A stretch of DNA of 64,000 nt from Clostridiaceae bacterium (GCA_012839865.1 DUMO01000083.1:22254-86253); one strand, 5' to 3'; positions 41,274-52,388 are shown, numbered from the stretch's first letter. Numbers and translations are program-made. The notes: a model not told the origin generated them from the sequence alone.

Positions 41274-43346
41274 ATGCCCAGGCAATTTAGTTTGGAAGAT
41301 ACAAGAAACATTGGAATAATGGCTCATATTGACGCAGGAAAGACCACAACAACAGAACGTATACTGTTTTACACAGGAAGGCTTCACAGAATGGGAGAGG
41401 TTCACGAAGGTGCTGCAACCATGGACTGGATGGAACAGGAACAGGAGCGTGGAATTACAATAACGTCTGCTGCAACAACTGCGCAATGGAAAGGCAAAAG
41501 AATTAACATCATAGATATGCCGGGGCACGTTGATTTTACGGTTGAAGTCGAAAGATCCCTTCGAGTTCTTGATGGCTCGGTAACTGTGTTTTGTGCAAAA
41601 GGTGGAGTGGAGCCACAGACTGAAGCAGTATGGCGGCAAGCTGACAAATATCATGTGCCCAGAATAGCCTATATCAATAAAATGGATATTTTAGGTGCTG
41701 ATTTCTTTAATTGCGTTGAAATGATAAAGAAAAGACTGAAGGCCAATCCTGTGCCTGTTCAGTTGCCTATCGGCAGGGAGGATGCATTTTCAGGAGTTGT
41801 TGACCTGCTAACATTAAAAGCTTACTATTTCAAGGATGAGCTCGGGACAACCGTTGAGGAAGGTGAACCTCCTCAGGATATGGCAGACTTGATAGAGGAA
41901 TACAGAAACTTTATTCTGGAATCCGTTGCCGACCAGGATGAAACTTTGATGATAAAATATCTGGAAGGCGAAGAAATAACGGTGGATGAAATTAAAAATG
42001 CCATCAGGAAAGCTACAATAGCTGTAAAAATTATACCTGTGGTATGCGGTTCATCTTACAGGAACAAAGGTGTTCAACTTTTGCTTGATGCGGTAGTGGA
42101 TTATTTGCCGTCGCCTCTTGATATTCCTCCGGTGAAAGGAATCAACATTGACGGTGACAAGGAAGAGGAAAGAAGGGCCGACGATAATGAACCTTTTTCC
42201 GCATTGGCATTTAAAATAATGAATGACCCGTATGTAGGAAGGCTGTGCTTCTTCAGGGTTTATTCGGGAGTTCTCAAATCCGGAAGCTATATTTACAATT
42301 CCACCAAGAGCAAGAAGGAAAGGATTGGAAGAATTCTCAGAATGCACGCCAATCACAGGGAAGAGGTAAGTGCAGTTTTTGCAGGTGAAATTGCAGCTGC
42401 AGTCGGACTAAAGGATACAACTACCGGAGATACCCTTTGTGATGAAAGTCATCCTATTCTTCTTGAATCCATTGAATTTCCGGAACCTGTCATATCAATT
42501 GCCATTGAACCCAAGAATAAGGAAGGGGAGGAAAAAATGGCGATTGCGCTGGCAAAACTGGCGGAAGAAGATCCCACATTCAAGACGTATACAGACAGAG
42601 AGACAGGTCAGACTATTATACGCGGAATGGGAGAACTGCATCTTGAAATAATTGTTGACAGGCTTATGAGGGAGTTCAGAGTGGAAGCAAATGTCGGAAA
42701 GCCTCAGGTTGCCTACAAGGAAACCATACGTACCAAAGTGCGGTCCGAAGGAAAATTTGTCAGACAATCAGGAGGACGGGGACAGTATGGACATTGCATT
42801 ATTGAGATTGAGCCTCTTGAACCCGGTTCCGGATATGTTTTCGAGAATAAGATTGTCGGAGGGGTAATCCCCAAAGAATATATTCCGGCAATAGACGCGG
42901 GCATACAGGATGCATGCAACAATGGAGTTCTTGGCGGGTATCAGGTGCTTGATATAAAGGTTACTCTTGTAGATGGCTCATACCATGAAGTGGATTCCTC
43001 TGAAATGGCCTTTAGAATAGCAGGTTCCATGGCCTTTAAGGACGGCTGCAGAAAAGCAAATCCTGTTCTGTTGGAACCTGTGATGAGAGTTGATGTTGTC
43101 GTGCCTGAAGAATATATGGGCGATGTTATGGGTGACATCAATTCAAGAAGAGGGCGGATTGAAGGCATGGAAGCAAGAGCAGGAGCCCAGGTGATTACAG
43201 CCAAGGTTCCTATGGCCGAAATGTTTGGATACGCTACTCAGCTAAGGTCAAGGACACAAGGAAGAGGCACCTTTACAATGCAATTTGACCATTTTGCCGA
43301 GGTGCCTAAGAATATACAGGATACCATTGTAGGCAATATAGTATAA
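41274..43346 (+). CDS. fusA: Elongation factor G.
   Basis: [15 protein letters not shown]; 690 aa. The RBS aaggagg lies upstream. Confidence 0.95.
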   Translation: MPRQFSLEDTRNIGIMAHIDAGKTTTTERILFYTGRLHRMGEVHEGAATMDWMEQEQERGITITSAATTAQWKGKRINIIDMPGHVDFTVEVERSLRVLDGSVTVFCAKGGVEPQTEAVWRQADKYHVPRIAYINKMDILGADFFNCVEMIKKRLKANPVPVQLPIGREDAFSGVVDLLTLKAYYFKDELGTTVEEGEPPQDMADLIEEYRNFILESVADQDETLMIKYLEGEEITVDEIKNAIRKATIAVKIIPVVCGSSYRNKGVQLLLDAVVDYLPSPLDIPPVKGINIDGDKEEERRADDNEPFSALAFKIMNDPYVGRLCFFRVYSGVLKSGSYIYNSTKSKKERIGRILRMHANHREEVSAVFAGEIAAAVGLKDTTTGDTLCDESHPILLESIEFPEPVISIAIEPKNKEGEEKMAIALAKLAEEDPTFKTYTDRETGQTIIRGMGELHLEIIVDRLMREFRVEANVGKPQVAYKETIRTKVRSEGKFVRQSGGRGQYGHCIIEIEPLEPGSGYVFENKIVGGVIPKEYIPAIDAGIQDACNNGVLGGYQVLDIKVTLVDGSYHEVDSSEMAFRIAGSMAFKDGCRKANPVLLEPVMRVDVVVPEEYMGDVMGDINSRRGRIEGMEARAGAQVITAKVPMAEMFGYATQLRSRTQGRGTFTMQFDHFAEVPKNIQDTIVGNIV

Positions 43347-43530
43347 ATTTTATTGGAAAAGCTTGCAATCAACACTGTTATGATGTTAAAATTTTTTCAA
43401 ATGTTTATTGCAGCAAATGCCCTAAGCTAAAATTATTTATTTTATTTATAAAGTTTATATTTTAAATTTAAAATAACAATTAATTATACTATCTTCAGTA
43501 GGTTTACTGAAAAAGGAGGAGAATTTTAAA

Positions 43531-44733
43531 ATGGCAAAAGCTAAGTTTGAAAGAACCAAACCCCATGTTAATATTGGTACAATTGGTCACGTTGACCACG
43601 GAAAAACCACTTTGACTGCTGCTATAACAAAAGTTCTAGGTTTTCTCGGGAAAGCACAGTTTACTGAATATGACCAAATCGACAAGGCTCCTGAAGAAAA
43701 GGAAAGAGGAATTACAATCAACACCGCTCACGTTGAGTATGAAACTGATAACAGGCACTATGCGCATGTTGACTGTCCGGGACACGCAGACTACGTTAAG
43801 AACATGATCACAGGTGCTGCTCAGATGGATGGTGCTATCCTGGTTGTATCTGCTGCAGACGGTCCTATGCCTCAGACAAGAGAGCATATCCTTCTGTCCC
43901 GTCAGGTTGGTGTACCATACATAGTTGTTTTCATGAACAAGTGTGATATGGTAGACGACGAAGAACTTCTTGAACTTGTTGAAATGGAACTGCGCGAACT
44001 TCTGAACGAATACGAATTCCCGGGAGATGATATTCCCGTTGTCAGAGGTTCCGCCCTCAAGGCACTTGAATGTGCAAGCAATGATATCAATGCTCCGGAG
44101 TACAAACCGATTCTTGAACTTATGAATGCTGTTGACAGCTATATTCCTACTCCTCAGAGAGAAGTTGACAAACCGTTTATTATGCCTGTTGAGGACGTTT
44201 TCACGATCACAGGCCGCGGAACAGTTGTTACCGGTAGGGTTGAACGCGGAACAGTCAAGGTTGGCGACGAAGTTGAGATAGTTGGACTTATGCCCGAACC
44301 CAGAAAAACAGTTGTTACCGGTGTTGAAATGTTCAGAAAGATTCTTGACCGTGCAGAAGCCGGAGACAATATCGGTGTTCTCTTAAGAGGTATCCAGAGG
44401 ACAGAAGTTGAAAGAGGACAGGTTCTTGCTAAGCCAGGATCAATCAAACCCTATACTCATTTCAAAGGACAGGTTTACGTTCTGACCAAGGAAGAGGGCG
44501 GAAGACATACTCCTTTCTTCAATGGATACAGACCGCAGTTCTACTTTAGAACAACTGACGTTACAGGAACTATTGATCTTCCTGAAAACGTTGAAATGGT
44601 TATGCCTGGTGACCACATCAATATGGAAATCAAACTTATCACTCCCATAGCTATGGAGGAAGGTTTGAGATTCGCTATCCGTGAAGGCGGAAGAACTGTT
44701 GGAGCAGGAACAGTTACAGATATTATTGAATAA
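43531..44733 (+). CDS. tuf: Elongation factor Tu.
   Basis: [15 protein letters not shown]; 400 aa. Confidence 0.95.
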   Translation: MAKAKFERTKPHVNIGTIGHVDHGKTTLTAAITKVLGFLGKAQFTEYDQIDKAPEEKERGITINTAHVEYETDNRHYAHVDCPGHADYVKNMITGAAQMDGAILVVSAADGPMPQTREHILLSRQVGVPYIVVFMNKCDMVDDEELLELVEMELRELLNEYEFPGDDIPVVRGSALKALECASNDINAPEYKPILELMNAVDSYIPTPQREVDKPFIMPVEDVFTITGRGTVVTGRVERGTVKVGDEVEIVGLMPEPRKTVVTGVEMFRKILDRAEAGDNIGVLLRGIQRTEVERGQVLAKPGSIKPYTHFKGQVYVLTKEEGGRHTPFFNGYRPQFYFRTTDVTGTIDLPENVEMVMPGDHINMEIKLITPIAMEEGLRFAIREGGRTVGAGTVTDIIE

Positions 44734-44745
44734 TAAGCTGCATTA

Positions 44746-44776
44746 AAAACCCGGGACTTAAATCCCGGGTTTTTTA
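44746..44776 (+). terminator. Strong rho-independent terminator after tuf.
   Basis: aaaaacccgggacttaaatcccgggtttttt. Confidence 0.85.
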
Positions 44777-44785
44777 GTATCAGTC

Positions 44786-44847
44786 GGGACCAGGGGGACG
44801 GTTCTTCTGGTTCCCATATGAACCAGAAGATCCGTCCCCCTGGTCCC
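44786..44847. repeat. GC-rich palindromic intergenic element, copy 3 (a single near-perfect 29-bp-arm hairpin).
   Basis: GGGACCAGGGGGACGGTTCTTCTGGTTCCcatatgGGAACCAGAAGATCCGTCCCCCTGGTCCC. Confidence 0.65.
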
Positions 44848-44874
44848 TATGAAAATCTATAAAAGGTGTTGGGT

Positions 44875-45717
44875 ATGAGAGAAATTTTTGTTTCTGAAAT
44901 TATTGATACTGTTGAAAAACTTTGTATGGATGCCAACTATTATTTGAACAAGGACATAAGGGATGCCCTGGAAAAAAGCCTTGTAACGGAGGAGTCTGAA
45001 ATATGCAGGGCGGTATTGAAGGAGCTTGTTGAAAACGCCAATGTGGCATCGAATCTGCAAGTACCTATGTGCCAGGATACAGGCATGGCAGTTGTGTTCG
45101 CAGAAGTAGGACAGGATGTTCATATAACAGGAGGCAACCTTACCGAGGCTATCAATGAGGGTGTCAGAAGGGGCTATGAAAAAGGTTATCTGCGAAAATC
45201 GGTTGTTGAAGATCCGTTAATCCGGACAAATACCGGTGACAACACTCCGGCAATCATACATTACAACATAGTTGACGGGGATTTTTTAAGAATTATACTG
45301 CTGCCGAAAGGTTTTGGCAGTGAAAATATGAGTGCCTTAAAAATGCTGAAGCCATCTGATGGAATCGAAGGAATAAAGAAATTTGTCATTGAAACCGTAA
45401 GCACGGCCGGACCTAATCCGTGCCCGCCCATTGTAGTGGGAGTTGGAGTGGGAGGTACCATGGAAATGGCTGCAATTCTGGCGAAAAAGGCTCTGTTGCG
45501 GGAAGTGGATAAAAGAAGCGATACCAACCATATAAGGGATTTGGAAATTGAATTGCTGGATGAAATCAATAAACTCGGTATAGGACCTGCAGGGCTGGGG
45601 GGAAGGACAACAGCCTTTGCGGTAAATATAGAGGTCTATCCTACGCATATAGCAGGGCTCCCGGTGGCAGTAAACATAAGCTGCCATGCCACAAGGCACA
45701 GAGAGGCTGTTATATAG
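44875..45717 (+). CDS. Fe-S hydro-lyase alpha subunit (class I fumarate hydratase / L(+)-tartrate dehydratase family, catalytic subunit).
   Basis: Cys ligands (PMCQDTGMAV; GPNPCPP). It is paired with the beta subunit downstream. Confidence 0.75.
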   Translation: MREIFVSEIIDTVEKLCMDANYYLNKDIRDALEKSLVTEESEICRAVLKELVENANVASNLQVPMCQDTGMAVVFAEVGQDVHITGGNLTEAINEGVRRGYEKGYLRKSVVEDPLIRTNTGDNTPAIIHYNIVDGDFLRIILLPKGFGSENMSALKMLKPSDGIEGIKKFVIETVSTAGPNPCPPIVVGVGVGGTMEMAAILAKKALLREVDKRSDTNHIRDLEIELLDEINKLGIGPAGLGGRTTAFAVNIEVYPTHIAGLPVAVNISCHATRHREAVI

Positions 45718-45743
45718 GTTGAGCAGAAGGGGAGAGTTTGAAA

Positions 45744-46289
45744 ATGATAACAATAACCACACCATTGGACAAGAAAACGGTATCAAGTTTGAAAGCCGGG
45801 GATCTGGTGAGGATTAGCGGAATTATCTATACCGCCAGGGATGCGGCCCATAAAAAATTGATTGAGCTTGTTAATGAAGGCAAAAGTCTGCCCTTTGACT
45901 TGACTGACCAAATTATATACTATGCAGGGCCTTGTCCTGCAAAACCCGGCATGGTTATAGGGCCGGCAGGGCCTACTACAAGCGGGCGCATGGATGCTTA
46001 TGCACCCAAACTAATTGAACTGGGCCTGACAGGAATGATTGGGAAAGGTCAGAGAAGCAATGAAGTAATAGAGGCTATGAAAAAGCACGGTGCTGTCTAT
46101 TTTGGTGCAACAGGCGGTGCTGCCGCGCTTATAGCCAACTCAATAAAAAGTCAGGAGACAGTGGCGTTCCCGGAGCTGGGTACCGAAGCAATCAGAAAGC
46201 TTGTGGTGGAAGATTTTCCAGCGGTTGTTTTGATTGATTCTTATGGCAGCAATCTCTACGAGTCGGGTCGAAAAAAATATAAAAGGTAA
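45744..46289 (+). CDS. Fe-S hydro-lyase beta subunit (class I fumarase / tartrate dehydratase beta).
   Basis: GDLVRISGIIYTARDAAHKKL...GPTTSGRMD. It immediately follows the alpha subunit. Confidence 0.75.
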   Translation: MITITTPLDKKTVSSLKAGDLVRISGIIYTARDAAHKKLIELVNEGKSLPFDLTDQIIYYAGPCPAKPGMVIGPAGPTTSGRMDAYAPKLIELGLTGMIGKGQRSNEVIEAMKKHGAVYFGATGGAAALIANSIKSQETVAFPELGTEAIRKLVVEDFPAVVLIDSYGSNLYESGRKKYKR

Positions 46290-46380
46290 GATTGGGATTA
46301 ATAACAGTATATTTTCATTTTTAATTAGTATATAATAAGTTTTGAAAGAAAATTTTGAAGCAAGCAGGAGGAATTGTAAA

Positions 46381-46584
46381 GTGCCTAAAATAACAAAGGA
46401 TATGATCATTGCAGATGTTTTGAGAATGGACAGGGGGACAGTTCCTATATTTTTGAATAATGGCCTTCATTGTCTTGGGTGCCCGTCAGCAACCGGGGAG
46501 TCTATTGAAGATGCGTGTGCAGTACACGGGATTGATGCTGATAAGTTGATAGATGAGCTGAACAAGTTCTTTGAGAGCAAATAG
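46381..46584 (+). CDS. DUF1858-domain small protein (hybrid-cluster-protein-associated redox disulfide family).
   Basis: MIIADVLRMDRGTVPIFLNNGLHCLGCPSATGESIEDACAVHGID. The ORF opens at 46342. GTG 46381 follows the RBS aggagg. Confidence 0.6.
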   Translation: MPKITKDMIIADVLRMDRGTVPIFLNNGLHCLGCPSATGESIEDACAVHGIDADKLIDELNKFFESK

Positions 46585-46830
46585 CAATTGATTTTGATTA
46601 TAAAAATCAATTGTTGCTATTGATTCGTTTATCAATTAAACCAGGTAAAGAAACAACTTCACCTGGTCTAATATACTGCTGTACGGTATTTTTTGCATAT
46701 TTGGACAAGCTGACCTGAATGCCGCAAAGCAATTGTTAATGTTAATAATGAATTTATGTTTCCTTTGGGCCGGTACCCGAACCACCGGTAATCTTGATTT
46801 GATAAATATAATTGTAGAAGGGGCTCTAAA

Positions 46831-47712
46831 ATGGATCATGTATTTATAATCAACCCTGTAGCGGGAAGAGGGAAAGCATTGAAGTTTGTTTCTGAAATCC
46901 GAAGCTACTTCAAGGGGGAAAATGCAAAATATACTGTGAAGGTTACAAAATATCCCCGTCATGCAACGGAAATTGCCAGGGAATATGCCCGAAAGGGTGC
47001 GAAGAGAATATATTCCGTAGGTGGCGACGGGACTTTGAATGAAGTGGTAAACGGCCTTGTCGGGGAGAAAAGCAGCCTTGGAGTCCTGCCCGGCGGTTCC
47101 GGGAATGACTTTTTAAGATCTGTAACCAACAATTTTGACAACATTTTAGACCGAACTATTTCAGGCTCAGAGAAGAATATTGACGTTGGCAGGGTTAATG
47201 ACAAGTACTTTATAAATATTTCATCCATGGGGTTTGATGCACAGGTTGCATATACGGCAAACCGCCTGAAGAAATCCGGCCCGATAAAGGACGGACTGGC
47301 ATATTCAATTGCGATTTTCGCAGCCATTTTAAAATCTGAAAGTTATAAGCTTGATATTAGTATTGATAATGAAGAATTTTCAAATGATACACTTCTGACA
47401 GCCGTCGCTAACGGCCTATATTATGGCGGGGGAATGAAACCTGCCCCGTCTGCAAGGATTGATGACGGTCTTTTTGATATATGCCTTATTAACAGAAAAA
47501 GCATTTTTGAGATTCTTAAGTTTTTCCCAAAACTTATAAAAGGTGTTCATGGTGAAATAGAAGGTGTTTCTTTTTATAAATGCAAGAGGATTGAAATTGA
47601 GTCCGGTAAAAACATACCACTTAATATTGACGGAGACGTTGAAATTGTAAACAAGGCTTTATTTGAAATTGTTCCGGAGGGCATAAGCCTAATTATTCCA
47701 AAAACGGTGTAA
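46831..47712 (+). CDS. Diacylglycerol kinase-family lipid kinase (YegS/DagK-like).
   Basis: IYSVGGDGTLNEVVNGL; the DAGK catalytic domain. Confidence 0.8.
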   Translation: MDHVFIINPVAGRGKALKFVSEIRSYFKGENAKYTVKVTKYPRHATEIAREYARKGAKRIYSVGGDGTLNEVVNGLVGEKSSLGVLPGGSGNDFLRSVTNNFDNILDRTISGSEKNIDVGRVNDKYFINISSMGFDAQVAYTANRLKKSGPIKDGLAYSIAIFAAILKSESYKLDISIDNEEFSNDTLLTAVANGLYYGGGMKPAPSARIDDGLFDICLINRKSIFEILKFFPKLIKGVHGEIEGVSFYKCKRIEIESGKNIPLNIDGDVEIVNKALFEIVPEGISLIIPKTV

Positions 47713-47793
47713 TGTTTATTATCGGTTTTGCATATAAGTGAAAGAATATAAGATACTATATTTAAGCTAAAAAAATGATGAGGACGTGGTTAT

Positions 47794-47973
47794 ATGCAAA
47801 AAACCGAAACACCGGTTACCAGGCTGAATAAACATGACCGGAAAATACTTGACAGGTATACCGGTTATTATACTAATTTTATTGAGAGCAATACTGCTTA
47901 TACAAAAGATTTTGTTGGAAATAAACACAATAAATTTGTTTCCCTGAGTGAACATGAACTGCAACAACATTAG
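47794..47973 (+). CDS. Hypothetical small protein (59 aa), not in the ORF track.
   Basis: MQKTETPVTRLNKHDRKILDRYTGYYTNFIESNTAYTKDFVGNKHNKFVSLSEHELQQH. The RBS is weak (aggacgtgg). Coding status is uncertain. Confidence 0.2.
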   Translation: MQKTETPVTRLNKHDRKILDRYTGYYTNFIESNTAYTKDFVGNKHNKFVSLSEHELQQH

Positions 47974-48501
47974 TGCGGTGGGCAAAGCTCAAGCATTCCA
48001 TGGTTTTTATCTCTGCATTTATCAAGGAAAATTCATGTTGGTTTTAAAGAAAAAAATGAGGTTTCACTTGATAAGCAAGGACGATATTTGTTAATAAATT
48101 TTTAACAAATTTTATATAAATGTAATATAACTATGCTGAAAATTATGGTATAATCAAAGTGTCACAGCCAATAGTACTAACTTTTTCATTTTGTTCCTCC
48201 TTTAATATAGAGGTTGAGTCAGATTAGTTGAGTTTAATTTTTGTAAAAGCACTTTTCTTGGAATGATTATATGTAATATTTATAAAAAACAAAGTGCTTT
48301 TTTTTTCTGCATTTGCAGCATAATATCTGAACGGTAACCAAACAGTACGGTTCGGATTTTTTATTTCATGAACAATCGGCTGATACTAAAACTGCCAGGC
48401 AAGTATTGGATTGAAAAATTACTTGTATAATGCCTGCTTTTTGAGTATAATAGGACAGTAGCAAAAATTATATTTTGCTGATGTATTTTCAATATTAGTC
48501 A

Positions 48502-48773
48502 GCTTTGGTCGTGCTAAACGGGGAGTTAGCGGTGCCCTGAACCTGCAATCCGCTATAGCAGGGTCTAATTCCTACCAGAGGCTTTCCTCTGTGAGGTCTG
48601 CCCTATGCAAGTGACGATGAGAATCGGGTCTTACGCAATGAAAGGCTGTGAACCCCGTCAGGTCCGGAAGGAAGCAGCGGTAAGCAGATTATTTCATGTG
48701 CCGTGAGGTTGCCTGGTTTGAGTTAACTACACAGGTAACGCTTGTAGATGCATGTCGAAGGTAGGTGCACGGC
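48502..48773 (+). ncRNA. ffs: Signal recognition particle RNA, long Bacillus/Clostridium type (scRNA, ~270 nt with an Alu domain).
   Basis: The 5' segment gtcgtgctaaacggggagttagcggtgccctg... and the domain IV core gtcaggtccggaaggaagcagc. It is collinear with B. subtilis scRNA and sits in the conserved position upstream of dnaX-ybaB-recR. Confidence 0.85.
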
Positions 48774-48965
48774 CTTTATATTTATCCAGTCTGCAAAAGC
48801 TTTTACTGAGAGTCCATGGCAAAAGTTGCTGAAAAGAAGGCTTATCCTGGTCTGGAAGCCATATCGCAAAGTTTGTTTCCGTTTTGTTTTAATTTCCGCT
48901 TTTATTTGTTATAATTATCAATATGTAAAGAATGAATCCACCAGGTCATCGAAAGGGTGTAAAAC

Positions 48966-50798
48966 ATGCCTTATATGGCGTTGTATAATAAATTCAGGCC
49001 TCTTGTTTTCGAAGATGTAGTTGAACAAAAACATGTGGTTGAAACACTGAAAAACAGTGTTATACATGACAGGGTTTCACATGCCTATCTTTTTTGCGGT
49101 ACAAGGGGTACCGGAAAAACCACCGTTGCAAGAATTTTTGCCAGGGCTATCAACTGTCTTGCGCCAAAAGACGGGAATCCATGCAATGAATGTGAAATAT
49201 GCAAAGGGATATTGTCAGGAAATATTCTGGACGTAGTTGAAATAGATGCTGCATCCAACAACAGTGTGGATAATATCCGGGATATCCGGGATGAAGTTGT
49301 TTATAAGCCTTCCCATGCCAGATATAAGGTATATATCATAGATGAAGTGCACATGCTCTCAACCGGTGCATTCAATGCTCTTCTTAAAACCCTGGAGGAG
49401 CCGCCCAGGCATGTTGTGTTTTTTCTGGCCACTACAGAACCACACAAGCTTCCTGCGACCATTTTATCACGGTGCCAGAGGTTTGATTTCAAGAGGATTA
49501 CTACCGAGAGTATAATAAAACGCATCACGGATGTTGCAGCCCGTGACGGAGTAATACTTGAGAACAGTGCAGCCAGACTGGTTGCAAGACTTGCCGACGG
49601 AGCCTTGCGAGATGCCTTAAGCATATTGGATCAGTGCATAACTCAAAGCAAGGGTCATGTAGATTATGATCATGTGCTCAGCGTTGTAGGCATTGTTAAC
49701 GATGAATTTATATCCGAATTTGTTGACAGCATTGGAGAACGAAATGTGTCAAGGCTGCTGGGCCTAATAGACAAACTGGTGATGGAAGGAAAGGATATAG
49801 GCCAGTTTGTAATGAGTCTTATTAAATACTACAGAAACCTTTTGTTATGCAAAGTGCTTTCAAAGCCGGAGGACCTTATAGATGAGTTGCCGCATGTTGT
49901 GGCAAACATGAAAAAACAGTGCGAGGGGTACGGCCGGTTTGAACTGATGCAATTGATAAACGAATTGTCCGCTCTTGAATCCAGAATCAAATGGTCCACC
50001 CAACCAAGAGTTCTGCTTGAAGTGGGACTCATAAAGATATGCGCGAGCTATTTTGATACGGACCAGGATTCCATTACAGCACGGGTCGCAGCTTTGGAGG
50101 AAAAAGCAAGGTTGTTTGACGAGAGGCTGGCAAGAGCTAGTGAAACCGGTATATTGCAAGGTGCGGAGCAGACGGGAACCGGTGAAGTTGATATGTCACA
50201 GGGCAGGAGACCGGGAGGAAGCGTCAAAGACGGTATATCAAGCAGGAGGAAACAGGAGGGAACCGTTGAGACTGATATATCAGAAGCGAGAGAACCGGAA
50301 GAAACCCAGGTGGCTGATATTTCGAAGGGGATGGAACTTGAACAGGCCGATAAAGATGATTTACCGTGGGAAGAAGAACCGGAAAGAACCCGGAAAACTG
50401 ATATATCGAAGGGCAAGGTATCAGAGACTCTAAATAAACCTAAGGCCGGTAATAATATAGATAGATGGGAAGAGATCATAAGCAGGCTTAAGAATAGTGG
50501 GAAAATGGGATTATATACAAACTTGCTGGGTACTTATGCTGTTGAAGCAGACGGGAACAAGGTGGAAATAGTCTTTAAAAAGGCTATTAACAAAACAATT
50601 GTATCGGATGCGAAAAACATGGATATTTTAAAAAAGCATTTAAGCAAGGAACTCGGTAGAGAGATAGAGGTAAGATGCATTACTGATGACGAGATTTCGT
50701 CCAAGCCTTTGGAATATAACAGTGATGATGAGATTTTAAAAAAAGCAAAGGATTTTGCAAAAGAGCTCCAGGTGCCATTTAATATAATTGACAATTAA
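48966..50798 (+). CDS. dnaX: DNA polymerase III subunits gamma/tau.
   Basis: AYLFCGTRGTGKTT Walker A, a Zn-finger CNECEIC, and a low-complexity C-terminal region. Confidence 0.9.
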   Translation: MPYMALYNKFRPLVFEDVVEQKHVVETLKNSVIHDRVSHAYLFCGTRGTGKTTVARIFARAINCLAPKDGNPCNECEICKGILSGNILDVVEIDAASNNSVDNIRDIRDEVVYKPSHARYKVYIIDEVHMLSTGAFNALLKTLEEPPRHVVFFLATTEPHKLPATILSRCQRFDFKRITTESIIKRITDVAARDGVILENSAARLVARLADGALRDALSILDQCITQSKGHVDYDHVLSVVGIVNDEFISEFVDSIGERNVSRLLGLIDKLVMEGKDIGQFVMSLIKYYRNLLLCKVLSKPEDLIDELPHVVANMKKQCEGYGRFELMQLINELSALESRIKWSTQPRVLLEVGLIKICASYFDTDQDSITARVAALEEKARLFDERLARASETGILQGAEQTGTGEVDMSQGRRPGGSVKDGISSRRKQEGTVETDISEAREPEETQVADISKGMELEQADKDDLPWEEEPERTRKTDISKGKVSETLNKPKAGNNIDRWEEIISRLKNSGKMGLYTNLLGTYAVEADGNKVEIVFKKAINKTIVSDAKNMDILKKHLSKELGREIEVRCITDDEISSKPLEYNSDDEILKKAKDFAKELQVPFNIIDN

Positions 50799-50922
50799 AA
50801 AGTATATTGCTTAAATATAATAGCTGTCTTATGAACTTCATAGGAAGTGTTGGGCGGCAGCAGAAAGTTTTTAAAAATGGTTTAAGGTATAAAGTGCAAC
50901 AAATTTTTTAGGAGGAGAATTT

Positions 50923-51261
50923 ATGGCAAAAGGTTTTAAAGGTGGAATCCCGGGCAACATGGGAAATTTAATGAAGCAAGCTCAAAAAATGCAGCAGGAA
51001 ATTCTGAAGATGCAGGAAGAACTTGCAGAAAAGACCGTTGAAGCAACTGCTGGAGGCGGGGCTGTTACAGTAGTTGCAAACGGAAAAAAAGAGATTAAGG
51101 AAATAACCATACAACCTGATGTTGTAGATCCGGATGATGTCGAGATGCTCCAGGATTTAATTTTGGCTGCAGTAAATGAGGCTTTGAGAAAGGCCGACGA
51201 AATGGTTAATTCGCAAATGGGCAAAATAACAGGCGGTATGGGATTGCCCGGAATGTTCTGA
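50923..51261 (+). CDS. ybaB: Nucleoid-associated protein YbaB/EbfC.
   Basis: 112 aa. [36 protein letters not shown]. Confidence 0.9.
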   Translation: MAKGFKGGIPGNMGNLMKQAQKMQQEILKMQEELAEKTVEATAGGGAVTVVANGKKEIKEITIQPDVVDPDDVEMLQDLILAAVNEALRKADEMVNSQMGKITGGMGLPGMF

Positions 51262-51291
51262 TATTTTTGACGGATTTAAGGTGGAATAAGA

Positions 51292-51888
51292 ATGAGTTTT
51301 TTTTCTGCGCCTATTGCCAAGCTCATAGAAGAATTTGAGAAGTTTCCCGGAATTGGCCATAAAACAGCGCAAAGGCTGGCTTTTTATGTGCTGGAAATGC
51401 CTGTGGGCAGGGTTGAGAACCTGGCAAAAACTATACTTGAAGCCAAACAAAAAACAAAATACTGTTCCATATGCGGGAACATGACCGATTTAGATCCTTG
51501 CGCAATTTGCAGTTCATCAACACGGGACCATTCTGTAATTTGTGTTGTGGAGGATTCCCGTGATATTATTGCAATGGAGAGAACGAGGGAGTACAAGGGA
51601 GTATATCATGTGCTTCACGGTGCAATATCGCCCATGGAAGGCATTGGCCCAAATGATATTAATATAAAGGGGCTGCTTTCAAGGTTGAACGGGAATATAA
51701 AAGAAGTGATAATGGCTACAAACCCCAATATTGAAGGGGAAGCTACGGCTATGTATATTTCAAAGCTGGTCAAGCCCCTTGGTGTAAAAACAAGCAGAAT
51801 CGCTCACGGTGTACCGGTAGGAGGAGACCTTGAGTATGCAGATGAAGTAACCCTCTCAAAAGCTCTTGAAGGGCGGAAGGAAATATAG
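51292..51888 (+). CDS. recR: Recombination protein RecR.
   Basis: HhH + C4 Zn finger (CSICGN...CAIC) + Toprim. Confidence 0.9.
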   Translation: MSFFSAPIAKLIEEFEKFPGIGHKTAQRLAFYVLEMPVGRVENLAKTILEAKQKTKYCSICGNMTDLDPCAICSSSTRDHSVICVVEDSRDIIAMERTREYKGVYHVLHGAISPMEGIGPNDINIKGLLSRLNGNIKEVIMATNPNIEGEATAMYISKLVKPLGVKTSRIAHGVPVGGDLEYADEVTLSKALEGRKEI

Positions 51889-51935
51889 TTGCGGTTAGGG
51901 TGTTGTGTATAAAGAAATGAAAGCAGGTTGATGAT

Positions 51936-52373
51936 ATGTCTGCGGAATTCGATACTTACGTTGAAAATGCAATAAAGTGGGCAAAAGAAAAAGCCAGCTT
52001 GAAGGAATACATGTTTAAATGCCTTGCTTTTGTTGAAGATGCATATGGAATAAGCAACAATGTTGAAATTTTTGGAGGAAGCTGTGCCAGGGAATCAGCG
52101 GATGAATATGAGGCCTGTAAAAATTCCGGTATCCCTCCTGCTGGTGCTTTCGTTTTCTATGATACATACGGAACAATACATGGCGAATATAAGAACTATG
52201 GGCATGTAGGGCTGCATATTGGAAACGGCGAAATTATACATGCCTGGGACAAAATCAGAATTGATAATTATTTGGATGTTCAAAAGCTTCCAACCGCTCC
52301 CGGGTGGACGAGTTTAAAGTTAATCGGTTGGGAACCGGTTGAAAGAATTTTTTTGGGATATCGCAAAAAGTAA
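51936..52373 (+). CDS. Hypothetical protein, possibly with an NlpC/P60-like (papain-fold) domain.
   Basis: A Cys (GGSCARE) followed by an H..G..IHA-type motif (YGHVGLHIGNGEIIHAWD). Weak. Confidence 0.35.
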   Translation: MSAEFDTYVENAIKWAKEKASLKEYMFKCLAFVEDAYGISNNVEIFGGSCARESADEYEACKNSGIPPAGAFVFYDTYGTIHGEYKNYGHVGLHIGNGEIIHAWDKIRIDNYLDVQKLPTAPGWTSLKLIGWEPVERIFLGYRKK

Positions 52374-52388
52374 GGTATTTTGTATTTG

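Noticed and set aside
46641-46668. Hairpin accaggtaaagaaacaacttcacctggt after the DUF1858 gene, considered as a terminator.
   Set aside because: The stem is present but it is not followed directly by a U-tract, so it was not listed as a terminator feature.
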